Origin: Eledone cirrhosa
Lineage: Eukaryota
DNA: 64,000 bases
Reading direction: 5' to 3'
NCBI GenBank assembly: GCA_964016885.1
Contig: OZ024740.1
Location: 136,338,001 to 136,402,000 of the forward strand
Part shown: positions 27,208 through 40,113 of the stretch, one piece after another
Position numbering within the stretch: position 1 is the stretch's first letter
How the letters are laid out: every line of letters starts with the position of its first letter
The notes under the pieces: model-generated
What the model was told of the DNA's origin: nothing
Seen by the model: only the letters and a program-made list of their open reading frames with translations
The model's database searches: none
Program-made: the position numbers and the translations under genes

Positions 27208-27260
<53 letters not shown>
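26458..27260 (+). mobile_element. R4/Dong-like family B, 5'-truncated copy (zinc knuckle and RLE), (TAA)n tail
   Basis: Near-identical to 31463-32268. RPDIILKD..LIDMSVP..EKLSKYKDL is intact. Starts directly after the TAA tail of A1. Confidence 0.92.
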
Positions 27261-28261
27261 GGGAAGAAGACGCACGAGGTGGCGGAAGGTCATGAAATCG
27301 CTCCCGTAAGTTTTGAATTTTTAACATATTTAAATCATTTGTGAAATAACAACTCTTAGTACAAATGCTACGTAAAGCATCCGGCTTGAGCCCCAAAAAA
27401 TTCGGACCCAAAATATATTGTTATAAGGCTCAAATATTCAAATATTCAACTTTGTATTGTACATCGTATATTCAAAAAAGAAAATGGCTATAAATGGAAG
27501 AAGAACCCCCCCCCCCCTCCTCTGTCTACGCTATATAGAACAGCCAAACAACACCAATCTCACCAACACCAGAAACTAGATACAACACCTACCCCATCAC
27601 CTCTCTGTGTACACTAAACACAACAGCCAGATAACGGCAATTTCACCACCACCACTCACTACTGCCATCATTACCACCATTATCCCATCACCGCCGCCAC
27701 CACTCCTTCATTGCTACCACCGCTACAACACCATCACTACAGTAATACGATCACATCACCACCACCACTGCCTCGGTATCGACATCACCACCACCACTGT
27801 CACCGCTGCCACCACCCCACCCCATCCATCATTGCTACCACTATCCCATCGTCGCCGCCACCACTCCTTCAATGCTACCACCACTATTCCCCTGTTAACT
27901 TGAGAGAGAAAGGGGAAGGTGGCGGTATCACTAGACAAGGGAGAGGCTAGCAAAAGATATAAATAGATTGACTTAGTGACCTGGCCAACGGCCAAACGTC
28001 AACATCAACAACTATGGGACTGCTGGCTCACCCCTTCCTCACCAACAATATAAAAAGCCCCGGCACCACCACCGACATAGCCAACAACAATAACAACCAA
28101 CTACAACAAAAAGTATATTATATTATTGTAATGCACTGGGTGATTGCTGGCCTTGTGTCTGGAGTGGAGACAATTATTAATAATTTCATTCTTAAGCCAC
28201 GCAATGCTCACATTAAGGAACCACTCATGATAATAACAATTTAAAAAAACAACAAAAAGAA

Positions 28262-31200
28262 AACCCCGTGACCAAGAAATACCGGGATGGCGGCCGGCGG
28301 GGAATAGCCGTGTCTCTAGGGGAGAACGACCCCTCTAGTCTTGGTTGACACTCGTTCTAGAAGTGGTAACACGAAATGATTACCCCTTGGCGGATAAGGA
28401 TAAAACGCGACAAAATAAAGTAAATGTCTAATGATAAAATCTCATACCGGATCGGCCGTCACCCGGGTAAAAAAGGGCCGCGTCCCTCAGAGAGGAACCA
28501 GACTGGGGTCGAAAAATCAGCTAATGGTTCAAACCTTCCCATCACTTCGGAGCTGGAGACCTCCCATAACCGGAATACTCCTACTGTTGGCCCTCCATGC
28601 TCACCACCAAGAAATCCAAAGAAAAAGAGAGAAAAATGGTCAAGGGAAGATAATAAAGAAGTCCTTGAGGCTTTCTACACTGCCATGTACTACCCATCAA
28701 ATACATCGAATACAGAACAGACATATATCAACTGGAAAAAGAAACATCCCGAAAACAGAGGCTATATTGGCAGTAACAAACTAGCCAATATACGAAGAAA
28801 TATTGTAAGAAAAAAGTTACTAACTGATATAGAAATTGATCAGATCAAGCTATTAGCACAAAGTCAGCGAAGGGGAAATGAAACATGTGTCAGTGAAAAC
28901 GAGGTAAACTGTAACACTTCGAATCCCAGGGTTGGGGCGGAATCACTGGCAACAGAACAAATTAAAGAAAGGATCGAAAAAGTGGAGGGAGTGCATGCTC
29001 AGGATGAAACTCCAAATGAAAATAATGAGATCGTAAATGATAAAGAAATGAATGAGAATGAACTTGCCATCTTGAAGGATGAAATTATGATCGAATGGAT
29101 GAAAATGAAAGAATCTGACATGGGGAAACGAGACACCCTCCCTAAGATCCAGAACTCCAAACAGAACCAAAAGATAATACACAAGACTAACATAGTTCTC
29201 AAAAACATTATCATCACAAACAAACTAAACATTACTGATTTAAATCATCTCTATTATGCATCGGCTAAAGTCACCACTCACTTATGTGGAGTGAAGATGA
29301 AAAAAACAAAGGAATTCCCACAAGAAATCTACTTGGCAAGAGAACATCAATCGCCAAATAAACCTTCTCCGATCTGACATAGAAATTTTAACAAACTATA
29401 AAGTAGGTGAACATGTTAAACAAACTAAACTTAGAAAATTGAAAAAAAAGTACAGTATAAAATCAACATGTGACATAGACATGCTGATAGAAATAATCAA
29501 GCAAAAAGTGTCGGCCAAAGCTGCTCGTATAAGGCGCTTTGAAAAACGATCTAGATTCTATAAGGACAATAATATGTTCAAAAACAACCAAAGAAACTTC
29601 TACAGAAAAATTGGTAAGTCAACAATAACTGCTAAATCAATACCACCCAAGGAGGAAGTGCAAGAATTCTGGGAAAAGATCTGGGCCGAAGAAAAAGTTC
29701 ATAACATACATGCCCCATGGATAGACAGACAAATGAAAGATGCTCACCTTGAGGAACAAACATGGGAAAATATAACAGTTGAACAGTTGCGCTTGGCTCT
29801 AAGAAAAACCAGCAAATGGAAATCCCCAGGAAAAGACAAAATACAAAACTTTTGGATAAATGCCTTCACATAGTCTCATGAGCTGTTAGCCCAACTTTAC
29901 AATGAAATAGTTAAGGAGCCAGAAAAGATACCTTCATGGCTAGCTAACGGCATTACATTCCTGCTTCCGAAGAATGATGAGACAAACAATCCCAAAAATT
30001 ACAGACCGATAACTTGCTTGACCACAATGTATAAAATTTTAACATCAGTCCTAACTGAATACACATATGACCACCTGATAACAAATGACCTATTTCCCAT
30101 TGAGCAGAAAGGGTGTAAACGAGGCTCATATGGCTGTAAGGATCAGCTTCTGGTTAACAAAATGATACTGGAAGATTGTCATAATAGACACAAAAATCTA
30201 TCGATTGCTTGGATAGATTATAAAAAAGCATTCGATAGTTTGCCACACAGTTGGATTGAAAAATGTTTAGAGATTTTCAAAATATCCCCCGTTGTCAGGA
30301 GGTTTTTGTCATTCAGTATGAAGACATGGAAAACGACACTCCTTTTGAATAGTGAAACAAAATCACTGGAAGCTGGAGAAGTTAATATTAATTGTGGAAT
30401 TTTTCAGGGTGACTCTTTATCACCGCTTTTATTCTGCATCGCACTTATACCATTAAGTAAAATGCTCAATGATACAAAACATCGATATAAAGTCTATGAC
30501 AAAACCATTAATCACCTGTTCTACATGGATGACCTGAAACTATTTGCAAAAAATGATGAACAATTGCAAGGGCTATTATCCACTGTGAAGCAGTTCAGTG
30601 ATGACATTAAAATGGAGTTTGGACTAGATAAATGCGCCAAAGCAACGTTCACCAGAGGAAAGCTGCTGAAGAGTTCAGACATTAATCTTGATCGGGGGAA
30701 CGTGATAAGAGAACTTTATCAAGAAAAAACTTACAAATATCTAGGTGTTTGTGAATGAGACGGAATCAAGCACTCAACAATGAGGGAAAGGATAAGGAAG
30801 GAATGTTACCGCAGAGTAAGAGCAATCTTAAGAACGGAATTGAATGCAAGGAATAGGATCGATGCCATAAACACGCTTGCCATACCAGTAGTAACCTACA
30901 GTTACAATGTCATCAACTGGTCAAGCACAGAGATCCGTAGGCTCGATACAAAATTTCGAAAATTCTTAACCATGCACAGAATGCATCACCCTAAGGCAGA
31001 TATAGATAGAATATATCTCCCTAGGAAAGAAGGAGGACGTGGGTTAATCCAGTTAGACATTGCGTTGAAAACTGCAACAATTGAATTATCTACATACCTA
31101 AGGGAATCACATGATTGGATGATCAAACTCGTTTTGAAACACGAAAGCATCAAAAGATCATATTCCATTACAAAAGATGCACAAAGATACAGTAATGGAC

Positions 31201-32201
31201 TACAAATTTCAGAAGTCCCATTTACTGCTGAAATGGAAAACACAGAAAAAGCAAAGCAGGTAAAAGTAACTGCAAAGAAAGAACTGCTACAGAAACTGGC
31301 TAAGAAATGGCAAGAAAAGCCTCTGTATGGAAAATACCCAGAGCGAGCTAACAATCCTGATGTTGACAAAACTTTAACCCATCAGTGGTTGGCATCCTCT
31401 GGACTGAAATCGGAGACTGAAGGACTGATTATATCGGCACAAGATCAGTGTCTGCCAACAAAAAATTACCAAGCCAACATAATAAAAAATGGGTGCAGCC
31501 CATTATGCCGTGTATGCAAAAAACAACCAGAGACCATTGACCATATAATTTCAATGTGCAGTCCTATAGCTCCAACCGAATACCTAAACAGGCATGACAG
31601 AGCTGCACAATACATACATTGGATAATGTGTAAGCATTTTGACCTGCCCCATCAAAAGAATTGGTGGGAGCATCAACCACCTCCCATACTTGAAAAAGAT
31701 CACATCTCAATCTTGTGGAACAGACCGAAAAACAGATGCAAATAGACCTGATATAATATTGAAAGACTTTCAAAAGAGGGTATGCCTGCTAATTGATATG
31801 TCTGTTCCAATAGACAAGAATGTATCTATAAAAACATTTGAAAAATTGAGCAAGTATAAGGACCTGGAGATAGAAATTGGAAAAATGTGGAAATTGAGAA
31901 CTAAAACAATACCAGTGGTTGTAGGCGCTCTGGGAATGATACCTAAGGGGTCTAATGATTACTTATCGCAAATCCCAGGAAACCCGCGTATAGGAGAAAT
32001 ACAAAAGATAGTACTAATGGGAACTGCCCATATACTAAGGAAGATCCTGTCAATATAAGTACATCACAAGTCTAAACACTAAAGATGTATGTGTGAATAT
32101 GTATGTTCTTTCTTGAACATGGCGGACCTTGTTGTCTGTTGAGGTCACTGGTTGTGACTTGGTGATAACTCGTATGAACATAAAGCAAGATAAATGCAAC
32201 T

Positions 32202-32268
<67 letters not shown>
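28262..32268 (+). mobile_element. R4/Dong-like family B, full-length but with stops and frameshifts, (TAA)n tail
   Basis: ORF pieces 28424-29377, 29439-29873, 30018-30758 (GIFQGDSLSP, HLFYMDD), 30780-31745 (CRVC..H..C) and 31639-32058 (RLE). Confidence 0.92.
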
Positions 32269-33694
32269 GGGAAGAAGACGCACATGGTGGATAGAAGGTC
32301 GTGAAATCGCTCCCGTAAGTTTTGATTTTTAACATATTTAAATCAATTGTGGAATAACAATTCTTAGTACAAATGATACATAAAGCATCCGGCTTGAGTC
32401 CCAAAAAAATTCGGATCCATAATATATTGTTATATCGCTCAAATATTCAATTTTGTATTATACATTTTATATTCAAAAAAGAAAATGGTTATAAATGGAA
32501 GAAAACCCCCTCTGTCTACACTATATAGAACAGCCAAATAACAGCAATTTCACCAACACCAGAAACTAGATACACCACCTACCCCATCACCCCTCTGTGT
32601 ACACTAAACATAACAGCCAGATAACGGCAATTTCACCACCACCACCACCAATCTCAGCATAATAATAATAATCACTATTATTATTGTCTCAAGTTTTAAC
32701 AAAATGTTTAATTCCAATATTAAGGTAATATGTCAACACATATACGCGACTAACCCCATAGATTCACCGATCAAACAAAATACAGTCTATTCAACAAAAC
32801 TCAGTAACGACAACGCCATCACTACAGTCACCGCCGCCGCCGCCGCCCATCCATCATTACTACCACTATCCCATCACCGCCGCCACCACTCCTTCATTGC
32901 TACCACCGCTATCTCCCATTACCTTCTGTTAACTTACGAAAGGGGAAGATGGCGGTATCACTAGACAATATTAATAAACAAGATTAATATTTAATTCTGG
33001 ATCAGGAATGTTAGAGTCGAAAAGGAGGAAAATGACAAAATAACTAAATAACTAAAGATAATTTCACCACCAACACCACCACCACTACCACGATGAAAAC
33101 GCTGGTCAAGTCGACTCAACCGCTATTTCTACTCCAACTTCAACACCATCACTACAGTAATACGATCAAATCACCACCACCACTGCCTCATTATCGCTAC
33201 CGCCGCTATTCTCTCCCCTACCTCCTGCTAGTTGCTGCTAGCACAGCACCGCCACCACCACCACCACCACCACTGCCTCATTATCGCTACCGCCGCTATT
33301 CTCTCCCACTACCTCCTGCTAGGTACTACTAGCACAGCACCGCCACCACCACTAACACCACTGCCTCATTATCACTACCGCCCCTATTCTCTCCCACTAT
33401 CTCCTGCTACATCATAGTGTCCCCACTAAAAGAGGAAGGCATCAAAATATATAAATAGACTGAATTGATGACCCGGTCAAAATCAGAAAAACAAAAATCA
33501 AAATCAAAGCAGCACAGCAACAACGAAAAACGTAAAGAAAATAAAAATGAAGAGAAAAACAAACAGACGGACAGAGAAGGGAAGGGGAAAACTAAGTCAG
33601 ATATTCAAACACTACATCACAATGAAACTTATGCTTATTCATTTTTTTTTTGGGGGGGGGGGGGGCTGTTTGTTTATTTGTTTATTTATGTTCG

Positions 33695-36600
33695 TCTACA
33701 GCGTGATAATGCCACACAAAAATCACGTGGAGTGACAAAACCACCGGAGGCGATGAATTCACCGGTGGTTATGTAACCATACATTCGCCAATCCTCGATA
33801 AGAGTGTTTAAATGTTGAACCTAAACAGTTCGAATAACGGTGAAATGGAGACTAGAATGTCATGTTACAGACTCTCACCCAACAGGTGCTCCCTGGCTCA
33901 GCAGCAGGGACCTGGCTGTCAACCAAATACTGCTGGTGTCGGAGGAAGAAGAAGAAGGAAAGGGACCAGAACCAACTGGACGAAAGAATTGAATAGAACT
34001 GTTATGCAATGTTACCTGAAGAGTAACCCCAAGGAGAAAGGCTATAGGAAACGGATGCATAACATCTGGAATGAGATTGGTCTATTTAAATTAGATGAAC
34101 AAAAATTGGCCGGGCAGGCTCGGGTAATAAGAACTAATGGGTGGATAAGCGAACTGGAACTGGAGGAACTGGACAGAGAGATTAGCTTGGAGATGGAGAG
34201 TGGAGTATGCCAGGCAAACGAGCCAGTGGGAAATGAAGGTGAAGAGGTCGAGAGAACGGAGGAACCACCCGAAGCAGACAATGATCTGAATGCTGAGATA
34301 AATAATACCTGGAACAGAGATACGGCCACTGAGGAGATGAATGCTGACGGGCTAGGACAAGATTTGGTTGATATCCTAAACTTAGTGGTAGATGAATTGA
34401 ACAATGATAGTGGGAGACCTATGAACCTAAGATTTGTAGACAGGAAAAAGTTAAAAGAAACAACAGCTAAGGTAAACAAAGTCATCCCATACCTTGAGGC
34501 GAGGAGCCTTCACCAGTGCAACAATATCCTCAAAGCAACAGCAAATACGGTGAGGAAACTACTTGCTATAAAAGCGAGAGGAAACAACAGACAAGAAAGA
34601 GCAGAGCCTTGGTGAAAGAAACGACTGAGTGGTCAAATCAGGGAAATGAGAAATGACATTGGAAAGCTTGAGACCCTACTGAATGGGACACTAAAAAACA
34701 TAGACACTAAAAATAGACTGGAAATAAAGTACAAAACTAGGAGGAAAAAGCTAAATATTATCATAGAGGAACTGAAGCAACGCATTGTAGCAAAGAGTGC
34801 AAAAATCAGGCGATACGAGAACAGAGTCAGTCAGTATAGACAGAACCGCATGTTCGACAACAACCAGAAGATGCTGTTTGGACAGCTTGAAGGGAAAGAA
34901 AGAGGCAACGACTTGATCCCTGAGGCGGAACAAACTAAAACATTCTGGAGAGGAATATGGGAGCAGGATGTTAAACATAATGACCAGGCAGTGTGGATTG
35001 AGACAGTACAGAAGGAGATTAGTGAACAGGCACACCAACAAACTGATTTGAGTATCACAGTTGAAACTCTTAAGGGGCAGGCCAAAAAACTAACCAACTG
35101 GAAATCACCAAGCCCAGATGGTGTGCAGGGGTATTGGATTAAAAATATAACATCCCTCCACCCGAAACTGACAACCATGTTCAATGACTGCTTGATGTCA
35201 GGTGAGGTACCAGAGTGGTTGACAAAAGGTAGCACAGTTCTGATAATGAAAGACCGAAGCAAGGGTAATGATGTTACCAACTATAGACCTATCACATGAC
35301 TGTCTGTAATGTGGAAACTGTTGACAAGCATTATGTCTGAGGAAATCTACCATCACCTCCACACAAACAACTTGTTACCGGACGAACAGAAAGGATGTCG
35401 AAAGAAGTCACGTGGTACAAAGGACCAGTTACTTATTGATAAGATGGTAATGATGGAATTGCAAGACGAGACACACTGGTCTTGCCGTGGGATGGATAGA
35501 CTACAAAAAGGCATTTGACATGGTGCCTCATTCTTGGATCACCAAAAGCCTGGAGATCTTCAAGGTGGCAGATAACATCAGACAGTTGTTGAGCAAAAGT
35601 ATGAAGTCCTCGGAAACAGAGTTAACATCAACTGGAGAATCCTTGGGAAGCGTGAAGATCAAGAGAGGTATCTTCCAGAGAGATAGTCTGTCCCCTCTGT
35701 TGTTTGTCCTTGCCCTGATGCCCCTGACCAGTGTACTGCGAAAAGTGAGAGCAGGATACAGGTTGGGAAAGGGAGGGCTTACCATCAATCACCTCCTCTT
35801 CATGGACGATCTTAAGCTCTTCGGGAAGAGTGAGAAGGATTTGGATGTGCTTGTTGACACTGTCCATATTTTCAGCAGTGATGTATGTATGCAATTTGGT
35901 ATTAGTAAGTGTGGAGTCAGTGTGATGAAGAGGGGTAAATTGAGCAGAAGTAACGGAATCCAGGTACCAACAGGTGGGATGATAAAGGAAATTGACTCTG
36001 AAGAAGGATACAAGTATTTGGCTGTTCTGGAGGCAGATGACATCAAGAACAAAAAAATGAAGGAATTGATAAGAACTGAATACATTCGGAGAGTAAAGAG
36101 CGTATTAAAGTCACATCTGAACAGTAGAAATGCCATAAGTGCAGTAAATTCCCGAGCTGTGTCTATTATTAGGTACAGTGCGGGAATTCTGAGATGGAAT
36201 GTTGCTGAACAAAAAGAAATGGATAGGAAGACTAGGAAGCTATTGACTATCTACAACATGTTCCACAAGAGGAGTGATGTCGATAGACTCTACTTAAGGA
36301 GATCTGAAGGTGGAAGAGGTCTTATTAGCTTAGAGGACTGTGTTCAGATGGAGAAAAACAACCTACACAAATACGTGACTGATAGTAAGGAGCCAATGCT
36401 CAGAACTGTACTGAAGGAGAGGACAATAGATCAGGGGATGTCCAAGGAGGAAATAACATCAAGGAGAAAGAGCAGCCTTCAGGAAAAATCCCTTCATAGT
36501 ACCTTCTTTGAGAAAACTGAATTTAGAGATCCACAGACATGGAACTGGTTGAAAAGAGGAGACCTTAAAAAGGCTACAGAAGGAATGTTAATGGCTGCGC

Positions 36601-36905
36601 AGGAGCAGGCCCTCAAAACGAAGTGGTTGAAACACCATATTTACAAGGATGAGGCTAGCCCACTGTGCAGGATCTGTGGAGAGAGAGAGGAGACTGTGGC
36701 TCACATTGTATCCGAGTGTAAACACCTAGCCCAGACTCACTATAAGGGCTGGAGACATGATGTGATGGGCAAGGTGATCCAGCATGCTTGCTGGGAACAG
36801 CAAGAACCCTCCGATACGTCCTGAATATCTGAGGCTGCAGGTAATGGCTTGATATTCATTTCAACAAACTTTCCCGTTAACTAACATCAATGAATGAGAC
36901 TCAAG

Positions 36906-36980
<75 letters not shown>
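33695..36980 (+). mobile_element. R4/Dong-like family A, copy 2; stops, a frameshift and a ~450 bp deletion of the RLE
   Basis: Highly similar to 22760-26360. The junction ggtgatcca|gcatgcttgc near 36781 skips the endonuclease. Confidence 0.92.
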
Positions 36981-36981
<1 letters not shown>

Positions 36982-37510
36982 CAAGGGTTTACACAAAGTA
37001 GACATTAAGGAGAGTACAGGACAATACAGGACGGTACAAATGGGCATTTCTGCGTGTAAAAAAAAACAAAAAAAACAGAGGATGTAATAATAGAACAATG
37101 AAAAATTCCCCAATAGAGGGGAGACTTCCGAGGGCCATCGTGGAGAAAGCCCATTAAAAAATCCACGGTGACCCTGACCACCAGGGCAATTGTCCTCTCC
37201 CAGTTTTCCACCTTCAATTTACAGGCATATACTCAGAGTAGGTCCATTCACTCGGGCCATTCTTGCCTCTCTCACCCATCTTTCAACAAAAAGCTGGGAA
37301 GAGAGCACTTCCCTCTCCACCCTGATTTTCCTTGTCAAATGAAATTGGAAAAAGTTAATCAGGACGTCAACGAAGAGGTAAGTGCTCGTCTTCAGCCCTT
37401 TCAAACGTGTCCACCATACTATCTCTTTCGCCATGGCCACCAGACAGATAAAAACTGCCTGCCCTTCCCGGCTAAAGGAAGAGGGCGGGGCAATCCTCAC
37501 GATGGATTCA
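36981..37510 (-). mobile_element. Tx1-clade L1 3' fragment (ORF2 C-terminus and 3' UTR), tail-to-tail with A2
   Basis: MAKEIVWWTRLKGL..ERWVREARMARVNGPTL is homologous to the C-terminus of the 49320-52757 ORF2. Confidence 0.88.
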
Positions 37511-37519
37511 GCTTAAGCA

Positions 37520-37601
37520 AATGCACACAAAAAACCTAAATATATATATAAAAATATATATATATATATACACACACATACACATATATATATGTGTACA
37601 T

Positions 37602-37634
<33 letters not shown>

Positions 37635-38028
37635 CATATATACACACACATATACACACACACACATACGCATACATATAAATATACAAGCACACCCCAT
37701 ACATATAAACACAGCACAGACACAAAAGAGTATATACATACAAATACATATACACGCACACATAAATGCATACAACCACATACACACATATAGTATAAAC
37801 ATTTTTTTAAATAAAAACAAATATAAAAAACTATAAAGTTACATACACACACACGCATAAGTACGTACACACGCACTCACATATACACATATATATATAC
37901 ACATATATATAAATATATACATATATACACACATATACACACCTACACACATACACACACACACATATATATACATATATATATACACGCACACATATAC
38001 ATATATATATATATATATATACATACAT

Positions 38029-38106
<78 letters not shown>
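37520..38106. repeat. (TA)n/(CA)n compound microsatellite
   Basis: Directly visible. Confidence 0.9.
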
Positions 38107-38108
<2 letters not shown>

Positions 38109-38145
38109 CAAGTAAGTATGTTTTGAAACAGTGAGCAGGTTTGAA

Positions 38146-38396
38146 ATTAGAAAATAGAATAGCTTTCACCGTATTTTTGAGCCTGATAATGGGGTTTAGA
38201 ACCCTCAGATAAATGGAAAAAGATGAGCTACCATTACACCATTGGTGTAATGGTAGCACAGTGGTCTGGATAACCAAAGATGTGGGTTCGACTCCCATGT
38301 ACGTCAATACTCATCTTTTTCCATTTATCTGAGGGTTCTAAACCCCATTATCAGGCTAAAAAATTTCTTTAGTCAAAAATACGGTGAAAGCTATTC

Positions 38397-38407
<11 letters not shown>
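38146..38407. mobile_element. foldback structure containing a tRNA-derived head (38242-38305, + strand)
   Basis: Arms 38146-38227 and 38310-38407 are inverted. Nested hairpin at 38227-38257. A-box TGGTGTAATGG and B-box GGTTCGACTCC. Confidence 0.65.
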
Positions 38408-38428
<21 letters not shown>

Positions 38429-38502
38429 CACACAAAAGAAATACATAAAAATTTATTTTCAATTCTATGCATATATACATACATATACACACACATATAC
38501 AC

Positions 38503-38538
<36 letters not shown>

Positions 38539-39835
38539 TATATATATATATATATATATACAGTATATATATATATATGTAGGAGGTGGGTTTTATTGTA
38601 GCACAATAAAGCAATGCAAATATCGGATAAGTAGCACTCTACAATTTGTAGGACTGGAATATAAATAATATAAGATCAAAAGATGGTTAAAAGAGTTCCA
38701 AGTATTTTATTATTAAATCAACATATGAAAAATAAATTAAGATGGATGTATGAGATTGGGAAAAAGTGCGGGGGAGTGGAGGTAAGGAAGAGGAAGGAAT
38801 AAGAGTAAAGGATGGTGGGAGAGAAGTATAAGAAGGCAGGATAAGAGAGGAGGAGAAATGGGTAATAGAGAGAGAGCGATAGCCTTTACAACTGAGAAAA
38901 TATTGTCTCACAGAGAGAAATTAAAAAACCGCTGGAAGATAATAGATAATTTAAAAGATTTTGAAGTTAAAAGTTAATGAGGTTTATGCATGAAGAAAAA
39001 GGAATTAAGAATAGTATTAAATTAAGGTTTGTATATTGAAGGGTTTAATAATATGTGCGAAGAAAATAATTTATTAATATGTATTATTAAGATAAAAATA
39101 TTAATGATATTAAGGATATAATGTGAAAAGAAGGAGAAGAATAAATGAGTTATGAATTTAGAGGAATTAGTTAGGGTTTAAGTTTGTTTTTGTGTATTGT
39201 AATATGTATACGTAAATAGTATGTTTAAAATGAGCACGGAAGGAGAGAAGAAAAAAGAATGTTTAAGGAAGCAAATATCTAACGTCAAAAAGTAAATATG
39301 TTTACGAAATATTTTCTAATGGTAATATTATAATATATTAAAAAGAAATTAGTTAGGGTTTAAGTTTGTTTTTATGTATTGTAATATGTAAAAGTAAAAG
39401 TAAGTAGTGGGTTTAAAATGAGCAGGGAAGGAGAGAAGATAGAAGAAACATTTAAGGAAGAAAAAATATCTAACGTCAAAAAAGTTTATATGTTTACGGA
39501 AATCATCTAATGGTAATATTATAATGTATTAAAAAATATATATATAGTTTTAATGGCCAATAATATGAGGAGAGATGGAAGAATGGATAATGACAAACGG
39601 AGTAGTATAGAGAGAGAGGAGGGGGTAGAAGACTTAGGAAGTAGAGTGACAAACTGAGTTGGAGGGAGGGGTAGAGGTGGAAGGATTCCTTGATCAGTTT
39701 TGATTCGTAGACTTCATGTCGTCGATTTACTGCTATTTGCAGTATAGCAATATAAGGTTGCACTTACCAATGAAACGGTCGTAAATACCTGGATAAAATC
39801 CTTTTTTTAATGCTTACCTGTGTTTTCTCTTTTAT

Positions 39836-39880
<45 letters not shown>

Positions 39881-39883
<3 letters not shown>

Positions 39884-40001
39884 AAAAGAGTCAGGACCCC
39901 GACGGCTGAGCTCCGGCCGTTTTGACAGCTAGATCCGAACAGTTCGGATCTAGGTGTCGAAACAACCGGAGCTCAGCCGTCAGAGTCCTGATTCTTTTCC
40001 T
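39881..40001. repeat. ~120 bp imperfect palindrome between (TA)n tracts
   Basis: aggaaaagagtcagga...ctagatccgaac-a-gttcggatctag...tcctgattcttttcct. Confidence 0.85.
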
Positions 40002-40079
40002 ATTACCCACTCTACTACTCTAAGTATCGAGTGCTCTGGTGCATTATGGTCCACCTGGTTTCTTACTACACTTTCTTTG

Positions 40080-40107
<28 letters not shown>

Positions 40108-40113
<6 letters not shown>

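Noticed and set aside
38242-38305. Functional tRNA gene
   Set aside because: A and B boxes are present, but there is no acceptor stem or proper anticodon arm; treated as a SINE-like head.
37508-38668. Tyr/Ile/Cys/Val-rich short ORFs, and antisense ORFs over the retroelements
   Set aside because: Microsatellite translations or shadows of the true ORFs on the opposite strand.
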